64,000 bases of DNA from Fimicolochytrium jonesii (taxonomy: Eukaryota): positions 124,001-188,000 of the forward strand of contig NW_026515695.1 of NCBI RefSeq assembly GCF_025526975.1, in the 5' to 3' direction. The translations under genes were made by a program, and so were the position numbers. Under the pieces are notes generated by a model, which was not told the origin of the DNA, did no database searches, and saw only the letters and a list, made by a program, of their open reading frames with translations. This document shows positions 52,603-63,024 of this stretch, one piece after another (positions within the stretch are counted from its first letter, which is position 1; each line of letters starts with the position of its first letter).

Positions 52603-52790
52603 GGGCAGGTAGTTATTAACTTATGTGTCATTCTCGAGAGGCTAGCGGACCAGATTGCTCTACTTTGGGAACAATCTGGTGGTATGCGGCCGTGGTGCCG
52701 ATTCTGTACAAATAATCTACCTGCGTTATAAGTTACAAGTTGCCATCATCGGCGACGCCTCAGGCAGAGATACAATGATGTGGATGGCAG
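52603..52790 (-). ncRNA. Candidate Fanzor omegaRNA scaffold / transposon right end
   Basis: Immediately downstream of the Fanzor stop. Enclosing stem 52711-52724/52605-52617; 12-bp hairpin 52669-52680/52649-52660, perfect only on the minus strand (G.U); crossing pair 52728-52735/52617-52624; hairpin 52773-52780/52744-52751, also minus-strand G.U. Confidence 0.6.
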
Positions 52791-52828
52791 ATAACCACCA
52801 CGGAAAATGGGATGGGGTGAAATCTAGA

Positions 52829-53818
52829 CTACCTACGGTTACGGGAGAATGCGTCTGGTCTGCGGCCATTGCCAAACACCACCGAACGCACAATCGAGAG
52901 GAAATTCTTGGTGCTCAGGACGTCCCGATTGTGCACTCTCATCCATAGTCGTAGTGGTCGTCTTCCAGGAATCTCAAATGGCGTCCAGTCTTGGTTGATA
53001 CATTCGGGGTTGGGGCAACCCACCAATCCATGGACGTATTCCATTCTTCCCTTTCTAGCTTGCCATGGCCGAGATGACAGCCGGCGTCGGATGTTTTTCT
53101 TCACACGCCCGTGGCAGTCTGGGCACACCGAAGACGTTCGATACTCATCTAGCAAGTAGCATGGAATGCTGTTCCTTGCAAAGAGTGTGTGGAATCTGAT
53201 TTCCCCCCATGAGTGAGCGTATTATAATACATAAAAAACAATGACGGTCACTCACCCTTTGGTCTTTGATGACTCCTGAAAGCGCATGGTTTTTCCAGCG
53301 TCGCTCCAATCACCCAAGATGACCAAAAAATGCTTTCCATACAGCCGTCGCATGTTCTTGATGAGCTTGCTCTCAGACTTTTGCCGCAGTGAGAACGCCT
53401 TGAATCTGCAAGCCACGTGAATCTCATCCTGGTAAAACTCATCCAGGGCGGGATCTGGGATATGAATGTGAGCCCATGTATTACCAAATTTGAAAATCAA
53501 AGAAGTAGAACATCATACCCGCATGTTCGTAATCCACGATGAACGCTGAGAACGCCTCGATGTTCATGCTCTTGTGCGATGGAATATGTGCTTCCATCTC
53601 AGCGATGCCCGCATTGATCTTTCGCTCTGTCATGTCTCTTTGAAAGTACCGAGACTTTGTCTCGACCGCACGTTGATTGGATGTGTATCTGATATGGGGT
53701 GGTGCATTGTGAGGACGCTGCAACGGAATGTCGCCGCAACGGGGATGGCGGAGACAGGGGGCTGGCGGGCGGAGACGGGGGGCTGGCGGGTGGAGACGGG
53801 GGGATGGCGGGCGGAGAC
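52829..53818 (-). CDS. Fanzor (TnpB-derived RNA-guided nuclease), 3' half with two introns, interrupted upstream by an LTR retrotransposon
   Basis: Removing GT-AG introns 53455-53518 and 53196-53255 gives a continuous frame: IRYTSNQRAVETK...FY...LVILGDWS...KG...YLLDEYRTSSVCPDC...VHGLVGCPNPEC...HNRDVLSTKN...RPDAFSR (RuvC-II Glu, Zn finger, RuvC-III Asp). RuvC-I is not in the window. Confidence 0.88.
53746..53818. repeat. 21-bp minisatellite, ~3.5 copies (GGCGGAGACGGGGGGCTGGCG-like)
   Basis: Direct tandem copies abutting the LTR; in the Fanzor frame they read RLRPPAP repeats. Confidence 0.85.
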
Positions 53819-54355
53819 TGTTATGGACGACGCGCCCATACCATAAGCTTACCTACTGACAGCCGCCAATGTCAACCGCCAAATGTCAAACGCCAATGTC
53901 AATGTCAATGTCAGTGTCAATGTCAGTGTCAATGTCAATGTCAATGCCACTCCCCCTCTCTCCTCTCATTTCGCCAATCCTGTTGCAATATCGCCACTCC
54001 GCCTCTGTCCTCTCATTTCCCCAATTCCCCCTCGGCTCCTCCACACCCCCCACTGCTTCCTCATAGCCAGCAGCTGTAGCAATGCTCTCTACGCTCGCCA
54101 CGCACCTCCAGGAGCATAGCTGGCGCCCCCCAGTCCCCTCTTGTTGTTGTTGTTCTCTGATCTGCTGGGTTGCCTATCTATAAATAGCCGGCCTCTCTTT
54201 GTCCATTCCCTTCCTCCCCAGCAGATCAACCCCAGTTCTTCTCATCTCCTGTTCTAGTCCTTGTTTCTTGTTTCGCCAATAGAATCTCTTGTCGCCTATC
54301 ACACTCGCCCTGTCTTCTCTACTTCGCTTCTGCCCCCGTCGTCGAGATCATAACA
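53819..54355 (+). repeat. 5' LTR of element A (537 bp)
   Basis: TGTTATG...CATAACA perfect 7-bp terminal inverted repeats; TATAAA at 54179; (TGTCAA/TGTCAG)n microsatellite at ~53890-53946; followed by GTTTGATCTGCT. Confidence 0.92.
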
Positions 54356-54424
54356 GTTTGATCTGCTCCAACACTGCGAAGTTCAGAACCTGTCCAGCCC
54401 TGCATCCGACAAACCTTTTTCGCC

Positions 54425-55415
54425 ATGTCCCAACCCGAATCCGTACCTTTCACCGCCAAGCAATGGAACGATATGTGCCAAGCCATCGCCGCCTTGCAAA
54501 GCCAAAACACCAACTTGCAGGCCAACCTAGCGCAAGCCCAAGCCGACGCACAAGCTGCCCAGAGCATCGCCGCCCAGGTTCAAGCCGATACGTACACCCG
54601 TCCCCAAGTCGCCAACCCTGCTCTGGAACCAAGAATCAGCTCGCCCGAGAAGTTTGATGGTACCCGCAGCAAATTCCGTTGGTGGTTGAACAACATCCGG
54701 TTGATGTTTGCTCTCCAGCCTGACCGCTACCCCAGCAACATCATCAAGATCCAAACTATTGGCACCTACCTCACCGGCACTGCGCAAGCCTGGATGGCGC
54801 CCCTAGTCGAACGCCAAGATCACAGCCTTCAGGACTTCAATAGTTTTATCAGCCAGATGCAATCGGTCTTCGGAGACAGCGACAGGGTCGGCACCTCTAA
54901 AAACAAGCTCCAGAACCACCCGTGCAGCAACCGAGTACGTTGCTGAGTTCTGCCAGCTACAATGCGATGTCTCCTGGAACGACCAGGCCCTGATTGCTAC
55001 CTTCCGCCGTGGCCTCAAAGAAGACGTCAAAGACCTGATGCTCACAATGCCCCCTGCGGCCACCATTGATGTGGTGATGGAGCAGGCTATCCAGTGCGAT
55101 AACCGGCAGTTTGAGCGCCGCCTGGAGCGAAACAGAAGCCGCCAGACCTTCCCGGTTCCCCACACCTCGTTTACTACTACCACCACTGTCGACCACAGCG
55201 AGCCTATGCAGATTGACGCCGCTCGTCCCCGCGGCCCTCTGAGCCCTCAGGAACGCCAACGCCGCATTTCCAACAACCTCTGCCTTTACTGCGGTGGCGC
55301 GGGGCACATTGCAAAAGTCTGCCCCGTCAAGAACAAGACCACCACCCGTGCCGCCAACGTCGACATCAAAGAACCCTCCACCGAACAGGGTTTTCCCAAA
55401 GTCCAGCCGCAGTAA
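54425..55415 (+). pseudogene. Element A gag (retrotransposon capsid + CCHC knuckle), frameshifted
   Basis: PEKFDGTRSKFR...; an 8-nt deletion at ~54917 relative to family-B gag shifts the frame; CLYCGGAGHIAKVC. Confidence 0.9.
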
Positions 55416-58184
55416 AGCCCCAGCGACTGGACAACACACACCGCCCCGGGCCTCCTAACCTTGCAGCTCCTGCAACGGGAGAGGCCACCCCCCTGGTTCC
55501 CGACTCCGTTATAGCCGACACAACCCTCCTAGCCGCTGCCCATGTCGAAAACCCCGAAATTAACCCCCGCGCCATGCTTGCGCTGGGTCCCGTCGAACCC
55601 TTCAACTACCCCGTTACCATCATGGTATCATCCAGCCGCGCCCCAATACCTACCTCAGCCATGATCGACAACGGTGCCCTGTCCTGCTTCATCGACAGAG
55701 ACATTGCCCGCAAACACCGCATCGCCCTAGTCCCGCATCAGCGTCCACTGACGATCGAACTCGTTGACGGTCAACCCAGCTCTGCTGGGCCAATCACCCA
55801 TCACACCCAACCACTAGGCATGTGGGTCGACGACCACTTCGAAGAACTCGTCTTCCATGTCACCAAATCACCCCATGCTCCAATCCTCCTTGGTCTCCCC
55901 TGGCTCCGCCTCCACGACATTAACCTTGACTTCAAGAACCTTTCGGTCGGTTTCCGTTGCGACTGTCAGTACCATGAATTCGCAAATTGGGACAACTCTC
56001 CAGCACCCCCGAGCCCAGCACCCGCCAGAACCCCCGAGCCCTTGATCCGCATTCCCCAGGATGAAGTCCCCGTCGACGAAACATGGTCGATTCCAGTACC
56101 CAAGGTAGCTCGCTCCAGCACCCCAGAACCGGCTCCCACGCCGCTCCGAGTCTCGTTCATCTCCGCCCCAGCCTTCCGGGTCGCAGCAAGGCATGACCAG
56201 GTCTTTGTCGCCTACGCCAACCCTGCGAAACCCAATCTCCCGGCCTCGCCTAGCCCCAGTAACCCCCTGACACCCGAGAAAGACATCAAAGACTTCCTGC
56301 CCCCCGAGTATCAAGACTTCGCCGACGTTTTCGAAAAGAGAAATGCTGACACTCTCCCCGAGCACCGGCCCTACGACTGTCCAATCGATCTGGAAAAAGG
56401 CAAGCAGCCACCTTTCGGCCCGATCTACAGCCTCAGCGAACCAGAAATGAAGGCACTCTGCGAATCTCGAAGAAAACCTCGCCAAAGGATTCATCAAACC
56501 CTCAAAGTCCCCTGCCGGTGCGCCAGTCTTATTTGTGAAGAAAAAGGACGGTTCTCTCCGCCTCTGCGTGGATTATCAAGGCCTGAACAACATCACGGTG
56601 AAGAATCGCTACCCCCTGCCCCTGATCAATGGTATCATGGATCGTTTGCGCGGCGCCCGCCGCCTCACCAAGATCGACCTCCGCGGCGCTTATAACCTCT
56701 TACGCATGCGCCCGGGCGATGAATGGAAGACCGCCTTCCGCTGCCGCTACGGCCTATTCGAATACAATGTCATGCCCTTTGGACTCAGCAATGCTCCTGG
56801 CGTCTTCCAGTACCTGATGAACGACATCTTCTGCGACATTCTCGATGTGTTTGTTGTCGTCTACCTCGACGATATCCTGATATTCTCCAAGAACCCCGAA
56901 GATCACCCCAAACATGTCCGCGAAGTCTTGTCCCACCTCCGACAGCATGGGTTGTACGCCAAACCAGAGAAGTGCGAATTCAATCGCGAATCCGTTGAGT
57001 TCCTAGGCTTCCTCATCTCCGAGAAAGGCATCCAGATGGACCCCAAGAAGATCGCTGCCATCACGGATTGGGAACCTCCCAAGACTGTCGAAGGCGTCCA
57101 GCGGTTCCTCGGCTTTGCCAACTTCTATCGCCGATTCATCCAAGGTTATTCCAAGATCTCTACCCCGCTCACAGCCCTGACCCGGAAAGACATCCTGTAC
57201 GCCTGGACACCCGCCGCAAACACCGCCTTCGAGAACCTGAAGAAAGCATTCACCACCGCCCCCATCCTTGCTCATCCTGACCCAGAGAAGCCCTTCGTCG
57301 TCGAAACTGACGCCTCCGACTTCGCTCTTGGCGCAGTTCTCCTCCAACCTGACCAGGACAATCAGCTCCACCCCGTGGCCTTCCACTCTCGCAAATTCAC
57401 GGCCGAAGAGATCAACTACAAGATCTACGACAAGGAACTTCTGGCCATCCAAGACTCCTTTGCCCAGTGACGACACCATCTCATTGGCGCCCGTCACAAG
57501 ATCACCGTTTACTCCGACCATAAAAGCCTTCAGTACTTCATGACCACCCGCACCCTGAACCGCCGCCAAGCCCGCTGGTCGATATTCTTCTCGGATTTTG
57601 ACTTTGTCATTACCTATCGCCCCGGTTCCCAGCAGCACCAAGCCGATGCCCTCTCCCGACGCTCCGAACATGAGCTAAAAAAGGGGGAAGAAGCGTTCCG
57701 CTCCCAGGCAACCACAATTTTGACTCCCGAACGCCTTCGACTCGCCGCGGCCTACCTCACACCCATGGATACCACGCTGCTTGACAAGATTAAGGCCGCC
57801 CAGGCTTCTGATCCCCTCGCTAAGACCATTCGCAAAAAGCTCAAGATACCCCTCGCCCAACGAACCGAGGAAACCCAAGATCGTATCAAGCGGTTCTCAG
57901 ATGAAGATGGGATCCTGCTGCACGATAACCTGGTCTATGTCCCCAGCAACGAGCTCTGAGCTGAAGTCTGCCACGACATGCACGATACACCCCTAGCCGG
58001 CCACTTTGGGATGTCCAAGACGCTCGAACTCGCCTCCCGCAACTACTGGTGGCCCAGCGAGTGGCGCTTCGTCAAGGCCTACGTCAAGTCCTGCGATACC
58101 TGTAGCCAAGCGAAATCCAGTCGACACAAACCATATGGCCTACTCCAGCCCAACAGTATCCCTACCCGCCCTTGGGGATCTTGG
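55388..58184 (+). pseudogene. Element A pol (protease-RT-RNase H-partial integrase), disrupted
   Basis: Protease IDNGA; RT LRLCVDY...KIDLRGAY...MPFGL...YLDD (56862-56873); RNase H ETDAS...YDKELLAI; integrase H..HD..AGH...CDTC. Frameshift at ~56465 and TGA stops at 57468 and 57957. Confidence 0.93.
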
Positions 58185-58714
58185 TGTTATGGACGACGCG
58201 TCCATACCATGCGCTTACCTCATGACAGCATCCCAACAGTCAGTCAATGTCAATTCCCTGTCAAAACCTGACATCTGCCAAACCTCGCAGCCGCACGCAG
58301 CCGCGCTACCCCACACCTGCCACTGCCTTCATTTCTCCACGCAGCCGCACGTAGCCACACCTCCCAACACTCGGCGCTCACAAACCCTTCTCCATACTTC
58401 CCCACGTACCCGCCCACAGCCTCAGCGTAGCCACCCCATCCCCAGTCTTCTGTTTCTATGCTTCCCCACCCTTGGCGCTTCTCTTGGCTTCCCTCTCATT
58501 CCGTACCCTTCTGCTTCCCCACGCTTCCCCAGCCTTCCCAGAAAAACATAAACAGCCGCCTCCCCTGAGCTCCCCACTTCCTGATCCCCCAGCAGATCGA
58601 CACCAGTTCTTCCTAGTCTTGTTCTAGTTCTTGTTTCGGTCTGAATACCATTACCTGTCAACAACCTGCACCACAAGTCGCCTCTATTTCCATCGGCTCC
58701 GCCCATTCATAACA
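58185..58714 (+). repeat. LTR B copy 1 (530 bp)
   Basis: TGTTATG...CATAACA; shares ends and R-region motif with LTR A. Confidence 0.93.
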
Positions 58715-58765
58715 GTTTGATCTGCTCAACAACCCCCAGCCGCTGTACCTCCACGCCAAATCACC

Positions 58766-59692
58766 ATGTCCGACGCCCTTCCCCTCACGGCCGAAGCCTG
58801 GCAAGCCATGTGCAATGCGATTGACGAACTTCGAGCGCAGAATACCACCCTACAAGCCGAACTAGCGCAAACCCAGACCACTGCCCCTGCCACCCACGCC
58901 CCCGAACCCAAAATCAGTCTCCCAGACAAATTTGATGGCACCCGAAGCAAGTTCCGTGGGTTCCTCAACCAGATCCGGCTCATGTTCGCCCTCCAACCCA
59001 GGCGCTACCCCAACGATCAGACCAAGATACGAACTATTGGCACCTACCTCACTGGCACCGCCCAGGCCTGGCTGGCGCCCCTTGTCGAACAAGACCATCA
59101 TTCCCTTACGAACCTGGATGATTTCATCCAGCAAATGCAAGCAGCCTTTGGAGACAGTGACAGGATCCGCACGTCCGAAAACAAGCTCCAGAACCTTCGA
59201 CAAACCCGTGCAGCAACAGAGTATGTAGCTGAATTCCGACAGCTGCAATGCGATGTGTCGTGGAATGACCAGGCATTGATTGCCACCTTCCGTCGCGGCC
59301 TCAAAGAAGACGTCAAGGACTTAATGCTCACGATGCCCCCTACCGCCTCAATCGACACCGTGATGGAACAGGCCATCCAATGTGACAACCGATTGTTTGA
59401 GCGCCGTCTAGAGCAAAGCAGGAACCGACAGCCATATGTGCCAGTTACCACTAGCCCCACCCTCATGAGCCCCGACAACCGCCCAGACGACCCTATGATC
59501 ATTGACGCTGCTCGTCCGCGAGGACCCCTCACACCGCTAGAGCGCCAACACCGCATCACAAACAAACTTTGCCTCTACTGTGGTAAACCCGGCCACATAG
59601 CCAAACTCTGCCCGAACAAGATACGCACGGCGAATGTCGCGGTTAAGGAACCTGCACCCATCCAGGATTTTGCCCAAGTCCAGCTGCAGTAA
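58766..59692 (+). CDS. Gag, unit B1 (308 aa, intact)
   Basis: Retrotransposon gag domain PDKFDG...QTRAATEYVAEF...FRRGL and zinc knuckle CLYCGKPGHIAKLC. Confidence 0.92.
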   Translation: MSDALPLTAEAWQAMCNAIDELRAQNTTLQAELAQTQTTAPATHAPEPKISLPDKFDGTRSKFRGFLNQIRLMFALQPRRYPNDQTKIRTIGTYLTGTAQAWLAPLVEQDHHSLTNLDDFIQQMQAAFGDSDRIRTSENKLQNLRQTRAATEYVAEFRQLQCDVSWNDQALIATFRRGLKEDVKDLMLTMPPTASIDTVMEQAIQCDNRLFERRLEQSRNRQPYVPVTTSPTLMSPDNRPDDPMIIDAARPRGPLTPLERQHRITNKLCLYCGKPGHIAKLCPNKIRTANVAVKEPAPIQDFAQVQLQ

Positions 59693-60605
59693 AGGCCGAG
59701 CAGCTGGGCAACACCTGTCCTGGGCCTTCTCACCACGCAGTACTGCCAAGGGAGAAGCCACAATACCTTGCTCCAATCCTGGCATCTCCAGCAACACCCT
59801 TCTCCTGACCACCAACAATGTCAATCTCCTATCTGAGATACCCTCACCCATGCGGACTTTGGGCCCATCCTCACCATTCGAGTACCCTGTTACCCTGCAG
59901 ATATCGGCCCAGCGAGCTCCAGTTCAGCTTTCAGCACTACTCGACACCGGTGCGATGTCGTGCTTCATCGACGAAAGTTATGCCCGCAAGCACCGCATCC
60001 CACTTGTCAAGAAGGAGGACCCCATTGCGCTTGAACTGGTTGACGGACGTCCCAGCCATGCGGGCTCCATTACCCATCACACCCAACCTTTGGGCATGTG
60101 GGTCAACGACCATTTTGAGGAGGTGGTATTCCATGTGACATGTTCCCCGCATGCGCCAATCATCCTGGGGCTTCCCTGGTTTGAGCTCCATGATGTGGAG
60201 CTACATTGGAAGACTTCGCACTCTTTGCGTCCGCTGCCATTGCGGTTTTGGACAATACGCCTCCTGGGATGCCCTGCCAACAGAACCTAGCCCGAAGCCC
60301 TCAAGAACCCCTGAACCTCTGATCCGTATCCATCAAGACGAGATTTCAGTCTCCCTAGCCCAGACACCCAACACACTGGACCCAGCACCCACACCGATCC
60401 ACGTATCGTTTATCAGCGCCCCAGCTTTCCGTGTGGCAGGCAAGGCATGACCAGGCATTCATTGCCTACGCCAATCCGACCAAGTCAGATTCCCAAGCCC
60501 TGGCGACCACTCCTCCAAAAGATCCGAAGGCCATCATTCCTGAAGAATACCAAGATTTTGCGGACGTCTTCACCAAGAAGAACGCGGATACCCTCCCAGA
60601 GCACC

Positions 60606-61135
60606 TGTTATGGACGACGCGTCCATACCATGCGCTTACCTCATGACAGCATCCCAACAGTCAGTCAATGTCAATTCCCTGTCAAAACCTGACATCTGCC
60701 AAACCTCGCAGCCGCACGCAGCCGCGCTACCCCACACCTGCCACTGCCTTTATTTCTCCACGCAGCCGCACGTAGCCACACCTCCCAACACTAGGCGCTT
60801 ACAAACCCTTCTCCATACTTCCCCACGTACCCGCCCACAGCCTCAGCGTAGCCACCCCATCCCCAGTCTTCTGTTTCTATGCTTCCCCACCCTTGGCGCT
60901 TCTCTTGGCTTCCCTCTCATTCCGTACCCTTCTGCTTCCCCACGCTTCCCCAGCCTTCCCAGAAAAACATAAATAGCCGCCTCCCCTGAGCTCCCCACTT
61001 CCTGATCCCCCAGCAGATCAACACCAGTTCTTCCTAGTCTTGTTCTAGTTCTTGTTTCGGTCTGAATACCATTACCTGTCAACAACCTGCACCACAAGTC
61101 GCCTCTATTTCCATTGGCTCCGCCCATTCATAACA
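60606..61135 (+). repeat. LTR B copy 2 (530 bp)
   Basis: Direct repeat of 58185-58714 with a few substitutions. Confidence 0.93.
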
Positions 61136-61186
61136 GTTTGATCTGCTCAACAACCCCCAGCCGCTGTACCTCCACGCCAAATCACC

Positions 61187-62113
61187 ATGTCCGACGCCCT
61201 TCCCCTCACGGCCGAAGCCTGGCAAGCCATGTGCAATGCGATTGACGAACTTCGAGCGCAGAATACCACCCTACAAGCCGAACTAGCGCAAACCCAGACC
61301 ACTGCCCCTGCCACCCACGCCCCCGAACCCAAAATCAGTCTCCCAGACAAATTTGATGGCACCCGAAGCAAGTTCCGTGGGTTCCTCAACCAGATCCGGC
61401 TCATTTTCGCCCTCCAACCCAGGCGCTACCCCAACGATCAGACCAAGATACGAACTATTGGCACCTACCTCACTGGCACCGCCCAGGCCTGGCTGGCGCC
61501 CCTTGTCGAACAAGACCATGATTCCCTTACGAACCTGGATGATTTCATCCAGCAAATGCAAGCAGTCTTTGGAGACAGCGACAGGATCCGCACGTCCGAA
61601 AACAAGCTCCAGAATCTTCGACAAACCCGTGCAGCAACAGAGTATGTAGCTGAATTCCGACAGCTGCAATGCGATGTGTCGTGGAATGACCAGGCATTGA
61701 TTGCCACCTTCCGTCGCGGCCTCAAAGAAGACGTCAAGGACTTAATGCTCACGATGCCCCCTACCGCCTCAATCGACACCGTGATGGAACAGGCCATCCA
61801 ATGTGACAACCAATTGTTTGAGCGCCGTCTAGAGCGAAGCAGGAACCGACAGCCATATGTGCCAGTTACCACTAGCCCCACCCTCATGAGCCCCGACAAC
61901 CGCCCAGACGACCCTATGATCATTGACGCTGCTCGTCCGCGAGGACCCCTCACACCGCTAGAGCGCCAACACCGCATCACAAACAAACTTTGCCTCTACT
62001 GTGGTAAACCCGGCCACATAGCCAAACTCTGCCCGAACAAGATACGCACGGCGAATGTCGCGGTTAAGGAACTTGCACCCATCCAGGATTTTGCCCAAGT
62101 CCAGCTGCAGTAA
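61187..62113 (+). CDS. Gag, unit B2 (308 aa, intact)
   Basis: Near-identical to B1 Gag; six amino-acid differences visible in the ORF track. Confidence 0.92.
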   Translation: MSDALPLTAEAWQAMCNAIDELRAQNTTLQAELAQTQTTAPATHAPEPKISLPDKFDGTRSKFRGFLNQIRLIFALQPRRYPNDQTKIRTIGTYLTGTAQAWLAPLVEQDHDSLTNLDDFIQQMQAVFGDSDRIRTSENKLQNLRQTRAATEYVAEFRQLQCDVSWNDQALIATFRRGLKEDVKDLMLTMPPTASIDTVMEQAIQCDNQLFERRLERSRNRQPYVPVTTSPTLMSPDNRPDDPMIIDAARPRGPLTPLERQHRITNKLCLYCGKPGHIAKLCPNKIRTANVAVKELAPIQDFAQVQLQ

Positions 62114-62270
62114 AGGCCGAGCAGCTGGGCAACACCTGTCCTGGGCCTTCTCACCACGCAGTACTGCCAAGGGAGAAGCCACAATACCTTGCTCCAATCC
62201 TGGCATCTCCAGCAACACCCTTCTCCTGACCACCAACAATGTCAATCTCCTATCTGAGATACCCTCACCC

Positions 62271-63024
62271 ATGCGGACTTTGGGCCCATCCTCACCATTC
62301 GAGTACCCTGTTACCCTGCAGATATCGGCCCAGCGAGCTCCAGTTCAGCTTTCAGCACTACTCGACACCGGTGCGATGTCGTGCTTCATTGACGAAAGTT
62401 ATGCCCGCAAGCACCGCATCCCACTTGTCAAGAAGGAGGACCCCATTGCGCTTGAACTGGTTGACGGACGTCCCAGCCATGCGGGCTCCATTACCCATCA
62501 CACCCAACCTTTGGGCATGTGGGTCAACGACCATTTTGAGGAGGTGGTATTCCATGTGACATGTTCCCCGCATGCGCCAATCATCCTGGGGCTTCCCTGG
62601 TTTGAGCTCCATGATGTGGAGCTACATTGGAAGATTCGCACTCTTTGCGTCCGCTGCCATTGCGGTTTTGGACAATACGCCTCCTGGGATGCCCTGCCAA
62701 CAGAACCTAGCCCGAAGCCCTCAAGAACCCCTGAACCTCTGATCCGTATCCATCAAGACGAGATTTCAGTCTCCCTAGCCCAGACACCCAACACACTGGA
62801 CCCAGCACCCACACCGATCCACGTATCGTTTATCAGCGCCCCAGCTTTCCGTGTGGCAGCAAGGCATGACCAGGCATTCATTGCCTACGCCAATCCGACC
62901 AAGTCAGATTCCCAAGCCCTGGCGACCACTCCTCCAAAAGATCCGAAGGCCATCATTCCTGAAGAATACCAAGATTTTGCGGACGTCTTCACCAAGAAGA
63001 ACGCGGATACCCTCCCAGAGCACC
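62271..63024 (+). pseudogene. Aspartic protease / truncated pol of unit B2 (B1 equivalent at 59850-60605 has two extra 1-nt insertions)
   Basis: LLDTGA catalytic motif, IILGLPW; ends at LPEH where the next LTR begins. Confidence 0.85.

Larger units (their letters stand above)
53819..58184 (+). mobile_element. Ty3/Gypsy LTR retrotransposon, family A (degenerate; truncated in integrase by family-B insertion)
   Basis: 5' LTR, gag, protease, RT, RNase H and integrase N-terminus in Gypsy order. Confidence 0.95.

Noticed and set aside
53869..53950. (TGTCAA/TGTCAG)n run and ORFs reading CQCQCQ / MSMSVS / NVNVSV
   Set aside because: Simple hexamer microsatellite inside LTR A; no spacers, so not CRISPR-like, and the ORFs are artefacts.
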